A stretch of 64,000 nucleotides of DNA, taken from NCBI GenBank assembly GCA_051362555.1, contig CM120640.1:5580001-5644000 (forward strand). The letters are read 5' to 3'. The notes beneath the pieces were generated by a model that saw only the letters and a program-made list of their open reading frames with translations, was not told where the DNA came from and did no database searches. Every line of letters starts with the position of its first letter. The stretch's first letter is position 1. This stretch comes from Lingula anatina. Lineage: Eukaryota; Animalia; Brachiopoda. The position numbers and the translations under genes were made by a program. Shown in pieces: positions 10,701 to 25,000 of the stretch.

Positions 10701-13414
10701 TGTGATATTCTATTTTATGTCAGGCCCTTCTTTCTCAATGCATTGCCGTGAGAAGCACTTAAGAACGAAAACACGCCCGTCAATATTTTGATCTTAGTTT
10801 TTCCTTTCTTTTCCTTTCTTTTTCACGCAAGGCTGGGGGCGCATCCTCATCACTTCCTCTGTACACGGTATGATATCAACAGCAGGGAAAGCAGTGTACA
10901 GCGCAGTTAAACATGGTGTTGTGGGATTGGCAAAGGTGAGATCTGTTATAAACTGCAATTAGAATAAAAACGCTGCTGGAGTTTCCTTCGTCGTCCTAAC
11001 AACATGCATTTCTTGCAGTTTAGCTAGAAGTTAAGTCACACTGGAAAGACATGGTTTCCAAGACCTAAGGTAGTTAAATAAAATACACCTAATGGATGAA
11101 AAACAAATACACAGCCTTGAAATCAGCCAACTGTAATTTTGCCATACTGTTACCAATCCCACATTGTCTTGGGGCGTATTCCCATAGATTTTAGATCGAT
11201 CTAAATTACTAGATCGATCTAAATCACTAGATTACTGTCAGATAATCCGTCTTAATGTCCGTCCCGCCTACTACAAGCTGTTAGGGGGTAATAAACTTTC
11301 GTGCCCGCTTGGCTGACAGCTCTTTAGCGTGAACCCCCAGGGAGTTAGGTCGATCTAGTTGGATCGATCTAATCTCTGGGAATGGGGTCTTGGACTGCGT
11401 TCAGATAGACTTAACAACAACGGTATAACTGCAGGAAGTGAGCAATTCTTCCACCATTGTATTTTGCCCAACAGTTTAACTGTAAACGTAGTTCATTTTC
11501 GTTATTACAGGGTATTGCGCTTGAGGTAGTTGACTACGGCATCACTTGCAACACTTTATGTCCAGGATTTGTAGACACACCAGGTAAGAAATTACTGATG
11601 ATTTATAAGAAAAGTTGATAAGAATAGAAGTGCCCTGCAACGCAAAGATTGTCCTTTTTGATGAAAGAAAGCAAATGCGTAGCACTAAATAGGATTGCGA
11701 CTGGGTTCCCATACTTAGATCGATCTAACAGGATCGATCCATCTCCGAGGGGGTTTGCACTGCGTTGATTTCAGCTTGATAGGCTTAGATGTCTGGCACG
11801 CCTTCTAAAGCTGCTAAACGATAATTTATTAACCCCTAGCAGCTTCAGAAGGTGTGACAGACATCTAAGCCGCTTAGGTTGATTGCAATTTAGCGAGAAT
11901 CCCCTCAAAGATAGATCGATCCACAGTTAGTACAAAAGGGTCTGGGAATGGTCCCACAGCAAGTGCACCTTACAAAAGGAACCATTGGAGTTTTAAGTGT
12001 TTTGGTGATCATGTGGAACTACTTTAGTTTATAATTGTTCTGAGAGGATACATTTTATAGACATTAGATAAGCTAAATTTTTTTAATTACATTGATCACT
12101 GCTACAGTTTCTACATACGCATTTTTAAAAGCCTCTTGCTACTCGTTATATAGTTCTCGTATTCCGTTATGGATGTAAGCCGTTAAGCAGAAGAGCGTCA
12201 CTATTCTGTCTGAAAATGGAATATATTGGCTTTTTTCACATACCATGATGCTGAGGAATATAGAAAATGATCACCAGTTCTGAGGTTGCATGCTACACAG
12301 TGTTTATGTAAAGATGGCAGCACAGGTGAATGAACAGGGAGGGAGAGAGAGGGGGGGGGGGGGCGAAAAACTTAGAGACCATTCACAAATTTTTTGTGTA
12401 TCTAGCCAATTGGCTCTCGCTGAATGCAATCACAATAACAGGCTTACACGCCTCCATTAGTAATGTCGACAAAATTCATCGTGAACTGTGCCTTTTAAAG
12501 TAGCTTATGTTACTTGATTATTACAGCTAGCTTTCATTTTTTTCTAGTGACACAAAAACAGATAAAACAATTTGTACAGGACGAAGGGATTTCTCTTGAA
12601 CAGGCCAAAGTAAGTTTCATTATTGCCAAGAATAGTTTGTTTAAAATATTATGCGATTTTAAGGGGGAAGATTTTTCCTGTGCAACTTTTTAACTTTTCA
12701 ATTCCTTGTGCGGCTATACAAATTACGTACTACATTTCAATCCAAAACCAGATACAGTGTTTGTAATGGTGATGATAATACCTTATTCGAAATAAACTTA
12801 ATTCAAAGCTTCTGGATGAAAAGGAATATTGTGGAATAAATATTTGACCTTTACTTCAGAAATAAAGTACCTTCCGCTTTCATTGCCTAAAACATTTCAA
12901 CAAAACACCTTTATTTCACCAGGTCGATTTGGTGTCAAAGCGACAACCGACGAAAACGTTCATAGAACCAGAGCATGTAAGTTTCTAGCACGAAAATTCA
13001 TGCGTTAGCACACCTACTGGCTGTTAGTATATATCAGAACCGTCAATTGGAGTGCAAATGCATGAATAGTAAGCTTCAAGATCTTTTTGTTACCCTTTAA
13101 AATCAACAACATAAAACAGTTCACTGGAAACGATTAACGCGTTTGACCGAAACATTGATAAGCGTAATCTGGGGAAAGCTATGAATATTCATGTACATTT
13201 ATTTTGACTCGATGCTCTTCTTATCTGGAAATATTGGCTTTTCTTTACCTCAGCTAAAAATAAGCACAATGTGAAATATGAGGACAGGCTTTCACATGGA
13301 TTCTGATGTTACATGTTTTAGATTGCAGAGTACGTGGCCTTCATCTGTTCTCCCTATGCCGCACAAATCACGGGTTCCGCCATGCCAATAGAAGGGGGAT
13401 GGCTGAGTAAGTGA
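7751..13414 (+). CDS. D-3-hydroxybutyrate dehydrogenase-like SDR, copy B
   Basis: All 8 exons present and nearly identical to copy A. Catalytic and cofactor motifs intact. The exon 3 acceptor is AAG. Confidence 0.85.
8234..9478 (+). mobile_element. Decayed Tc1/mariner DNA transposon in intron 1 of copy B
   Basis: Terminal inverted repeats CCCCTACCAAAAAACTGTCTCCC and GGGGTGACACTTTCTTTGGTAGGGGAG. Frameshifted transposase remnants [13 protein letters not shown] (HTH), TARNRLR, W*MVLF, RVW, and WPALS..(WPxxSPDLNPIE-like). Confidence 0.75.
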
Positions 13415-14075
13415 CGTCCCTGGTCACAAGAAGCACACTGAAGATTTAGCAGCATCGAACGCCATCATGAAAAATGCTGTGGTGTAACTAATGGAAGATC
13501 AGCCCTACATCCACAATTAATACACATCGGTTGCTCCTTCGAGACTACTTTTTATCTAAAAATAAAAACACTTTGCTCAATAAATATTTTGTGTAAATAT
13601 ATATTTTTAATTCTGTTAAAATTGACAGTGATCTTCAGTTACCCAAAATTGCCAAAGTGGAAACGAAGCTTCTCATTCAGGACCTCGAATCAATAAAAGA
13701 ATCTTGTAGAAAACACAATGTCTAGTTTCACTAACGCATCCAAAATAAATATCTCATAATATAATGACGTTGGTTGGAGGCATGGAAGTGCCTACTGGAC
13801 TATCCATCAATTTAATTAATATGTCTGTTCATTTGACATCTTTGCAGCCCAAGGATTGTACGTTGCAAAATGTTCTGTTCCGCAGACCGTGAAATTCAAA
13901 AATGGCAGTCCGTCGGACTGTGAGTTTTAAAAATGAGGGTTCCGCGGACCTTAAAATGGCGGGACTCTCTGTCACATCACAGAGCTGTGTGCGACGGCAC
14001 GTTCGTGCCCGCAGCTGCTGGTTCTGTTATACCACATACATACACCTGCTCACTGGAGACTGAAAAGGTTAACTA

Positions 14076-17000
14076 ATGAGCGTTGAACGGCACTTGGACG
14101 GCAAGGTCGCGCTAGTGACTGGCTCCACCAGTGGGATTGGGCTTGCCATTGCCCACGTTTTGGCAAAGAGGGGCGCCAGCATCATCCTAACAGGCTTCGG
14201 TGACGAGCAACTGACCAGTAAACTGAAGGAGGATTTCACCAGGTGATGTGTCGATTTCCGGTATAAGCATATGGCAAAATTAAATTGTTAAAACACGTTT
14301 TACCTGTTTGTCTTAATGTCCAGTTTAACTGAGGTCTTCCCTGGGTAAAACAAATACAATGCTGCAAAAAGGCCTATATTGCTTTCTAAACAGTGATGGC
14401 CTTTGGGATTTGGGTATGTCTCCGGATAAAAGGCAACGAGTGAGCACTGGCTCATCATATCAAAGTAAAATCCCCTACCAAAAAACTGTCTCCCCTAAAG
14501 CATTTATGCAAATTGCTAGCACAGTGCTACCCATAGATTTAATTATATTATTACACAATGTTCACACAACTAAATATCGAGCAAATAAGAGAAGCGAGAG
14601 GTAGTGCACTGTCCCAGCTTGACCATCAAAAGTCCCATTATCTCTTATATTTTATGTTGTCCATACAGTGGACACAGGAGGGAGTTTCGGTCTGCAGGTT
14701 TGCAAGAAGGTTGGGTTGTTTCATAAAAACCTTCAGAGGGTTAGACAACGTCATAACCAAACAGGAACATGACTAGGATTTCCTGGTTCTGGTTCAGGCT
14801 GACTTACGGAGACCACTCGCTTACCACATCCAGAGAAGAGGGAATGCTGACACACCTGCTCGTAGCGAACGTTCCATGGCATAAAGGAACTTCACTGCAA
14901 CATCAGACCAAAACATATAGGCAATCTTGTTACCACTCTGTAAGCAGGGTTTCGTTAGGAGAAAACTGATCACCGCCAGAAACCGTCTACGTCGAGTCAG
15001 ATGATATACCAGAACTCTGGCATAGGCACCACCCAAAAAACTGGTGAATGGTACTGTTTCAAATGAGATTCAGTGTTGACATAAGTGATTAACACAAGGG
15101 TTTGGATAACAGCTGAAGAGAAGCTGTCCGATTGCCTGTCTCTTGTTGACAACCACATATCAGTCATGGCATTTGCAAGCTGGTAGCGGTCAGCAGGGAC
15201 GTTAACACAGAGCATAACATCCAAGCCCGGTGTAACGTGACAGATAGTCCCTCCCGAAATACAGTCCGCTTCCCATTCATTTGTACAGGAAACCCTAGAT
15301 TTTGACCTTAAACCACAAAGAAGACTTGGCATATGGGAACCAGATCCAGACACCTCCCCCCTCTAATGGCCAGCACTATCCTTATATCAGAGCAACATTG
15401 AAAATGTGTCAGAAATACTCAGGAAAGGATTGGTATAAACAGAAATGTTCCCATACTGTCTTCCATATGTGGAACGTCGTCACCCCACAAACATTTAAGA
15501 ATCTTCCTGACATCTTGCACTGTACAAAACACTAAGATGTGGCTTTGATATCTTTACTATGGTCATTTTAATCGTTGGTGGTACAAATCGTTAACTTTTG
15601 TGAAAAATCGTTCTAGAATGTTAAAAAATAAAGATTAGTTTATGACTTGTTTTTCTGTATCATTTTACTAATTGCAGTAGGGGTGACACTTTCTTTGGTA
15701 GGGGAGTATAAGATCGTCACTCTGCATGTCATGTGGAGATACGTGTATTTTTTCTTATGTAACGTGGCATGATAATTTCACAACTTTTTTCTAATTTGTC
15801 GGATTTTATTATGGAAAGATCGGATAATCGTACAGAGTCTCGGATGTAGGAGGTGTGATAGACTAGTAGGCTACCTCTAGTATGGTGTAAGCCTCTTTCC
15901 TTTTTTTTTTGCCAAGTTAATTAACAGATCTAGGAAACAGCCAAGGGTGCCTAGAAACACATTCTTCGCATCTACATCTGACTCTAGCCTACCCCTGTAA
16001 AGGTCCAACCATTGACAGTTAATTTATTTCTATTTCAAAGTGCTTATTAAAGTTATTACGTACGTCTCAAACATAAAAAGAAAACGTGCATGAATAATGT
16101 TTCAAGACTTTTTTGGTTTATCTCTTTTCAAATTCTGTTATTTCAGCAAATATAAGTGTCGAGTAGATTACATTGATGCAGACCTCAGTAAGGTTGCTGA
16201 CATCAATGAGCTGTTCACCAGTGTCATCAAGTTATATCCAGAGGGCGTGGACGTTCTAATAAACAATGCAGGTACGCATGCGAAGACAGCTGAAGTCGCT
16301 GAAACGCTGGTGACTTGGGAATCGAAATGAAGTTGTCGAATCAATCATGTGATTTTTCTATTGTTGTGAATAGTTATGAAATTGTTTTAAAATTGATATA
16401 GATAAATGTGACATAAGTGCTTTGGTACTTATTTTGCCTTGCATTTCTGTTATTATCTTGATAACTGTATGCATGTCTATAGGCCCCTATACATATTTGT
16501 TGCCCACTGTTTTGGTAATGTTTAAGGATACAACCACGTCTGCCTTGTTGAGGAATACCCTGAGGAGAAATGGGACGACATGGTGGCAGTCATGCTGTCA
16601 GCTCCTTTTCACCTGTGCAAAAGGTTTATACCACTCATGAAGAGAAAGGGTAAGCCGATGCTGAGTTGTAATCAGAGCTTAACGTTGAATAAACAATTAA
16701 TTTGGCGACGAAGAAACCGACAATTAGAAAGAAAATGGGAAAAGGAGGAAATTGTGATATTCTATTTTATGTCAGGCCCTTCTTTCTCAATGCATTGCAG
16801 TGAGAAGCACTTAAGAACGAAAACACGCCCGTCAATATTTTGATCTTAGTTTTTCCTTTCTTTTCCATTCTTTTTCACGCAAGGCTGGGGGCGCATCCTC
16901 ATCACTTCCTCTGTACACGGTATGATATCGACAGCAGGGAAAGCAGTGTACAGTGCAGTTAAACATGGTGTTGTGGGATTGGCAAAGGTGAGATCTGTTA

Positions 17001-20000
17001 TAAACTGAAATTAGAATAAAAACGCTGCTGGAGTTTCCTTCGTCGTCCTAACAACATGCATTTCTTGCAGTATAGCTAGAAGTTCAGTCACACTGGAAAG
17101 ACATGGTTTCCAAGACCTAATGTAGTTAAGGTGGGAATGTACCCAAATATAGCTAAAAATCGTCATTTTTGGTTTTTATGTCTAATTATTGGTTAAATGT
17201 GTATCTAACGTTTAACAGAATAAAATTTTTACATTTTGAACAAAAAATTTGTTTTTTCTGAGGATTCTGATGCTGCACACATCGGCACCGGTGGCCTGGT
17301 CTATGCCCCGCCTTCGTTGTCAAGGGCCGTTCGCATGGGTAAACTCGGTGGGCGGACCTTAGCAGCATCAGCACGTCTAGGGAAACAATAGAACAGGGAT
17401 GCGCCATGCCCCCTTTGTCATAACCTTTGTCTCTCTTGATTGTGATCAGCGCTAAGATGAATCTTTTCCGACACATTGGATTTGCTCGAAATACTCGTTC
17501 TCCCTTGAATATTGCTTGTTGTTACACGCGTTCTTTCGATTTTCTTGTTAACTTTTTGAGATACGCAAAAGAAAAGAAGAAAATTCCGTTGCTTGCTACC
17601 CGTGACAACAATCGTCATTCTTTCTATCCATTTTCGCCAACAGCTCGATGCAGTTTAGTGTTAGATTTTAAATATATACATGGGGGTAACTAGGCATACG
17701 CACGGATGCACTGTGCGTACATTTTTTTGGCCAACCATGATATTATTTTATATAAATTTAGTATATTTTTCACTGAATATAAAGAAATTCTCTGCTTATT
17801 AAAGTCACCTGTATGAACAAATCCTCCGTATCAATTTTATAGGCACAATTGTTCTGACACCCCCTCCCCCCGTCTTGCATACTTTTATTGAACTGAGGTA
17901 AACAATGCCTGAAACCTTAACAAGTTTTATCTTAATCGTCCATCTAACTGGAACTTCCTTTACCTCTTAATTGGAGGGTTCAGTGGCCCACGACTCTCCT
18001 GAAGCCTCGCTGGCAATATTTATCTCAGGTAAAAATCTACCTGTGTGTTATTTTGAAAGAGCAGCTCCCGCAACCCTGAGGGCATTAGATAAAATCTGGA
18101 CACCAGGTTTTATAAGGAGCTAGAGAAACGAAGGAAGGATTTTTCCTGCAAAGCGTCAAATAATTTTTCCTGACTTACCCAACTTTAGACATTTCCTCTA
18201 ACAAAGCCTTTTTGGTTGCGTCTATTTCTTGTTGTTGGTGGTCCGATCGGCGTCCTGTAACACGACCGTGTTTTCGAACCATTTTTCGCTTGGCGAATGT
18301 GGACAAGACCGCATGCGATGCTGCTTTTGTGTGCACATCCTAGAGCGCATCCCTAACACTTGCCCCGACGGCAATTGACGTGGCCACTGATTGCTCGAGT
18401 CATTAGGGCTTACTTGATTGCCTGTCAATCATTCTGGCAGTGCTAGCGGTAAACCATTGAAGTTACTAACAGGAGGTGAGATTGATACAAAAATAAGATT
18501 TTCTGACATCCAAATACATTCAAACAAGCTAATTTCAACCGGCAAAAGAGTACCCATCTTCGCGATCGTCAGAACGATAACAGGTAAAGCTGTCAACAAT
18601 TTAACTTGCTAATATGGACAATTAACTTCACTGAAAGGGTTTTTGCTCGTTTTCTTTGCTTTCAATATGGACGAGATAGCGTTATCTTACCAAGCTATAA
18701 CTATCTACCTGTACACCTGAGGGAGACCAAACTCACCATGCTAATTATGAACAGTATGCTCTAAAAGTGCTTTTTAAGAAATTTTGATTGATCCTCTCTT
18801 TTCTAATTTATAGACTTTGAAAGTGAAAATTCCCTAAAATTTTGATGTAATTTCACGTTTTTATAGATAAAATCAACAATAAGTGTCCGAAGAAAAATCC
18901 CTGACTCCATGCTGTAGTACTTTGTTCAAGTGTTATAATGCCATCAAAAGCAAGTTTATAGGGGTCCAGGTGCCTGAGAAAATCAGGTGTATAAAAACGG
19001 TGTTTTTGTCCCCAAAATCCCAATATTACGTCACACGATGAAGTTAGAGTTGTGTTCCAAGCATAATTAGATATTTTGAAGATACATTAAATGAATGTGA
19101 CAGGAATAAAAAAGCCAAGACCTTTATTTTAAGAGAAAATCTCAAACCTACATTCCCACCTTAAATAAAATACACCTAATGGATGAAAAACAAATACACG
19201 GCCTTGAAATCAGCCAACTGTAATTTTGCCATACTGTTACAAATCCCACATTGTCTTGGGGCGTATTCCCATAGATTTTTAGATCGATCTAAATCACTAG
19301 ATTAATGTCAGATAATCCGGCTTAAATGTCCGTCCCGCCTACTACAAGCTGTAAGGGGGTAATAAACTTTCGTGTCCGCTTGGCTGACAGCTCTTTAGCG
19401 TGAACCCCCAGGGAGTTAGGTCGATCTAGTTGGATCGATCTAATCTCTTGGAATGGGGTCTTGGACTGCGTTCAGATAGACTTAACAACAACGGTATAAT
19501 TGCAGGAAGTGAGCAATTCTTCCACCATTGTATTTTGCCAAACAGTTTAACTGTAAACGTAGTTCATTTTCGTTATTACAGGGTATAGCGCTTGAGGTAG
19601 TTGACTACGGCATCACTTGCAACACTTTATGTCCAGGATTTGTAGACACACCCGGTAAGAAATTACTGATGATTTATAAGAAAAGTTGATAAGAATAGAA
19701 GTGCCCTGCAACGCAAAGATTGTCCTTTTTGATGAAAGAAAGCAATTGCGTAGCACTAAATAGGATTGCGACTGGGTTCCCATACTTAGATCAATCTAAC
19801 AGGATCGATCCATCTCCGAGGGGGTTTGCACTGCGTTGATTTCAGCTTGAGCGGCTTAGATGTCTGGCACGCTTACTGAAGCTGCTAAACGATAATTTAT
19901 TAACCCCTAGCAGCTTCAGAAGGTGTGACAGACATCTAAGCCGCTTAGGTTGATTGCAATTTAGCGAAAATCCCCTCAAAGATAGATCGATCCACAGTTA

Positions 20001-21416
20001 GTACAAAGGGGTCTGGGAATGGTCCCACATTAAGTGCACCTTACAAAAGGAACCATTGGAATTTTAAGTGTTTTGGTGATCATGTGGAACTACTTTAATT
20101 TATAATTGTTCCGAGGGATACATTTTATAGACATTGGATAAGCTAAATTTTTTTAATTACATTGATCACTGCTACAGTTTCTACATAGGCATTTTTAAAA
20201 GCCTCTTGCTACTCGTTATATAGTACTCGTATTCCGTTATTGATGTAAGCCGTTAAGCAGAAGAACGTCACTATTCTGTCTGAAAATGGAATATATCGGC
20301 TTTTTTCACATACCATGATACTGAGGAATATAGAAAATGATCACCAGTTCTGAGGTTGCATGCTAAACAGTGTTTATGTAAAGATGGCAGCACAGGTGAA
20401 TGAACAGGGAGAGAGAGGGGGGGGGGGGGGGCGAAAAACTTAGAGACCATTCACAAATTGTTTTGTGTATCTAGCCAATTGGCTCTCGCTGAATGCAATC
20501 AGAATAACAGCCTAACACGCCTCCATTAGTAATGTCGACAAAATTCATCGTGAACTGTGCCTTTTAAAGTAGCTGATGTTAAATGATTATTACGGCTTTC
20601 ATTTTTTCTAGTGACACAAAAACAGATAAAACAATTTGTACAGGACGAAGGGATTTCTCTTGAACAGGCCAAAGTAAGTTCCATTATTGCCAAGAATAGT
20701 TTGTTTGAAAAATATTATGCGATTTTAAGGGGGAAGATTTTTCCTGTGCAACTTTCTAACTTTTCAATTTCTTGTGCAGCTATGCAAATTATGTCATATT
20801 TTTCAATCCAAAACCGGATACAGTGTTTGTAATGGTGATGATAATGCTTTATTCGAAATAAACTTAATTCATATCTACTGTATGAAAAGGAATATTTGAA
20901 CTTTACTTCAGAAATAAACTACCTTCCGCTTTTATTGCCTAAAACAGTTCAACAAAACACCTTTATTTCACCAGGTCGATTTGGTGTCAAAGCGACAACC
21001 GACGAAAACGTTCATAGAACCAGAGCATGTAAGTTTCTAGCACGAAAATTCATGCGTTAGCACTCCTACTGGCTGTTGGTATATATCAGAACCGTCAATT
21101 GGAGTGCTAACGCATGGATTTTCGTGCTAGTAAGCTTCAAGACCTTTTTGTTACCCTTTATAATCAAAATTATAAAACAGTTAACTGGAAACGTTTAACG
21201 CGTGTTTGACTGCAAAATATTGGCTTTTCTTTACCTCAGCTAAAAATAAGCATAATGTTTTATAGCTTAACTGTGAAATATGAGAACAGCCTTTCTTATG
21301 GATTCTGATGTTTCATGTTTAAGACTGCAGAGTACGTGGCCTTCATTTGTTCTCCCTATGCCGCACAAATCACGGGTTCCGCCATGCCAATAGAAGGGGG
21401 ATGGCTGAGTAAGTGA
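14076..21416 (+). CDS. D-3-hydroxybutyrate dehydrogenase-like SDR, copy C
   Basis: All 8 exons present with motifs intact. Exon 3 and last-exon acceptors are AAG. Intron 4 is enlarged by a 2-kb insertion. Confidence 0.83.
14471..15708 (+). mobile_element. Decayed Tc1/mariner DNA transposon in intron 1 of copy C
   Basis: Same TIRs and remnants as the copy B element. The 3' end reads GGGGAG-TA, the Tc1-type TA target. Confidence 0.75.
17130..19160. mobile_element. Non-autonomous DNA transposon with TTAA TSD, Kolobok-like (2031 bp)
   Basis: TTAA|GGTGGGAATGTA ... TACATTCCCACC|TTAA. The empty site GTAGTTAAATAAAATACACC is seen in copy B (about 11070-11089). GG termini fit Kolobok rather than piggyBac. 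No transposase ORF recognised. Confidence 0.85.
21038..21129. mobile_element. 92-bp palindromic MITE with 9-bp TSD at the exon-7 donor; decayed copy at 12986-13068
   Basis: TAGCACGAAAATTCATGCGTTAGCACTCC ... GGAGTGCTAACGCATGGATTTTCGTGCTA flanked by GTAAGTTTC / GTAAGCTTC. Copy A has the empty site CATGTAAGTTTCAAGATC. Confidence 0.8.
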
Positions 21417-22095
21417 CGTCCCTGGTCACAAGAAGCACACTGAAGATTTAGCAGCATCGAACGCCATCATGAAAGCACTGTGGTGTAACTAATGGAAGAT
21501 CAGCCCTACAACCACAATTAATACACATCGCGGTTGCTCCTTCGAGTCATGTGAACTACTTTTTATCTAAAAATAAACACTTTGCTCAATAAATATTTTG
21601 TGTAAATATATATATATTTAAAATTCTGTTAAAATTGACGGTGATCTTCAGTTGCAAAAAATTGGCAAAGTGGAAAGCAAACTTCTCATTCGGGACATCG
21701 AATCAATAAAAGAATCTTGTAGAAAACACAATTTCTAGTTTCACTAACGCATCCAAAATAAATATCTCATAATATAATGACGTTGGTTGGAGGCATGGAA
21801 GTGCCTACTGGACTCTCCATCAATTTAATTAAAATATCTGTTCATTTGACATCTTTGCCGCCCAAGGATTCTACGTTGCAAAATGTTCTGTTCCGCAGAC
21901 CGTGAAATTCAAAAATGGCAGTCCGTCGGACTGTGAGTTTTAAAAATGAGGGTTCCGCAGACCTTACAATGGCGGGACTCTCTGTCACATCACAGAACTG
22001 TGTGCGACGGCACGTTCGTGCCCGCAGCTGCTGGTTCTGTTATACCACATACATACACCTGCTCACTTGAGACTGAAAAGGTTAACTACAACATA

Positions 22096-25000
22096 ATGAG
22101 CGTTGAACGGCACTTGGACGGCAAGGTCGTGCTAGTGACTGGCTCCACCAGTGGGATTAGGCTTGCCATTGCCCACGGTTTGGCAAAGAGGGGCGCCAGC
22201 ATCATCCTGACAGGCTTCGGTGACGATGAGCTGACCAGTAAACTGAAGGAGGATTTCACCAGGTGATGTGTCGACTTCTGGTATAAGCATATGGCAAAAT
22301 TAAATTGTTAAATCATGTTTTACCTGTTTGTCTTAATGCCCAGTTTAACTGAGGTCTTCCCTGGGTAAAACAAATGTAATGCTGCAAAAAGGCCTACATG
22401 CTTTCTAAACAGTGATGGCCTTTGGGATTTGGGTACGTCTCCGGATAAAGGGCAACGAGTGAGCACTGGCTCATCATATCAAAGTAAAATCCCCTACCAA
22501 AAAACTGTCTCCTCTACTAAAGCATTTATGCATATTACTAGCACAGTGCTACCCATAGATTTAATTATATTATTACACAATGTTCACACAACCAAATATC
22601 GAGCAAATAAGAGAAGCGAGAGGTAGTGGACTGTCCCAGCATGACCATCAAAAGTCCCATTATCTCTTATATTTTATGTTGTCCGTACAGTGGACACAGG
22701 AGGGAGTTTCGGTCCGCAGGTTTGCAAGAAGGTTGGGTTGTTTCATAAAAATTTTCAGAGGGTTAGACAACGTCATAACCAAACAGGAACATAGCTAGGA
22801 TTTCCTGGTTCTGGTTCAGGCTGACTTACGGAGACCACTCGCTTACCACATCCAGAGAAGAGGGAATGCTGACACGCCTTGCGCGTAGCGAACGTTCCAT
22901 GGCATAAAGAAACTGCAACATCAGACCAAAATATATAGGCAATCTTCGTTTCTGATCTTACCACTATGTAAGCAGGGTTTCCGTTTGGAGAACAATGATC
23001 ACCACCAGGAACCGTCTACGCCGAGTCAGTTGATATACCAGAACTCTGGCATAGGCATCACCCAAAAACTGGTGAATGGTACTGTTTCAAATGAGATTCA
23101 GGGTTGACAGAAGTGATTGACACCCAAGGGTTTGGATAACAGCTGGTGGGAAGCTGTCTGCTTGTCTGTTTCTAGTTGACAACCACACATCAGTCATGGT
23201 ATGTGGACGTTTTGTCTACCATGGCATTTGCAAGCAGGTAGCGGTCAGCAGGAACGTTAAAACAGAGCATAACATCCAAGCCCGGTGTAACGTGACAGAG
23301 AGTTCCCCATGATTGATAGTACGCTTCCCATTCATTTGTACAGGAAAGTCGAACCCTAGATTTTGACCCACTTAATTAGGTCAGGCTAACCCTAACCATT
23401 GTAACTATAAGGAGGGCGGACTTTCAGTTACAAGGACTCTCAGTTTCGTTACTCCAGGAAAGGAACTTAGGACATTCTGTTCTATCGAGAAAATATTGGG
23501 GACCGTGCCCACCCAGTTGTGTGTCACCATGATTATGTTACTCCACAAACAGCCAATGGAAAAGAAGACCTGGTATATGCGAACCAGATCCAGCCCCCCT
23601 TCTAATGGCCAGCGCAATCCTTAGACCAGAGCATCATTGAAAATGTGTCAGAAATATTCAGGAGAGGATTGCTGAGGGTTAACCCTACAGACAGAAATGT
23701 TCTTATACTGACTTTGTGTCGTATGTGGAACGTCGTCACCCCGCAAACATTTAGAATCTTCCTGACATCTTGCCCGTGTCAAGTGCTGTGCAAAGCACTA
23801 AGATGTGACTTTGATATTTTTACTGTGGTCATTTTAATCGTTGGTGGTACAAAACGTTAATTTTTGTCAAAAATCGTTCTAGAAGTTGAATAAAAAATAT
23901 TAGTATATGGCTTTTTTCTGTATCCTTTTACTCATTGCAGTAGTGGTGACACTTTCTTTGGTAGGGGAGTATATGATCGTCACCATGCATTTGGAGATAC
24001 GTGTATTTATCCTTATATAACGTGGCATGATAATTTCACAACTTTTTTGTAATTTGTCGGATTAGATTATGGAAAGAGTCTCAGATGTAGGCCTACTTCA
24101 GTTTCAAGACTATTTTTGGTTAATCTTTATTTAAAATCTGTTATTTCAGCAAATATAATTGTCGAGTTGATTACATTGCGGCAGACCTCAGTAATGTTGC
24201 AGACATCAACGAGCTCTTCACCAGTGTCATCAAGTTATATCCAGAGGGCGTGGACGTTTTAATTAATAATGCAGGTTAGGTACAAAGACAGCTGAAATGG
24301 CTGACACTCTGCACGGTGGCTTTGGAAACGAAATGACATTTATTATTTAAGTTGTACATGTCGAATTAGTCGTGTGATTTTCTCTATTGTTGTCAATAGT
24401 TATGACATTGTTTGTAAACTGTTTTAGATTAATGTGGCGTGAAATGAATTTCGATGCTTTCTCCTATGTGTTTCTGTTATTATCTTAATAGCAATATGCA
24501 TGTACATGTATTTATTTCTTCATTTGTGTTGACCACGTGCACTGTCTTTGTTACGTTTTAGGATACAACCACGTCTGCCTTGTTGAGGAATACCCTGAGG
24601 AGAAATGGGACGACATGGTGGCAGTCATGCTGTCAGCTCCTTTTCACCTCTGCAAAAGGTTTATACCACTCATGAAGAAAAAGGGTAAGCCGATGCTGAG
24701 TTGTGATCAGGGACAACCGGTTTAATATACCACGAAAATGGCAATTGGAGAAAGAAATGTGAAAAAGGTAAAAATTGTAATACATTATTTAGTACCAGTC
24801 TTTTTCTGTCTTTATTCGTTATGCAATGCAGTGAGAAGTGTTTTAGGATTATTTTTTGGTCATGGTTTTCATTTTTTCACGCAAGGCTGGGGACGCATCA
24901 TCATCACTTCTTCTGTGTACGGTATGATATCAACAGCAGGGAAAGCAGTGTACAGCGCAGTTAAACATGGCGTTGTGGGATTGGCAAAGGTGAGATCTGT

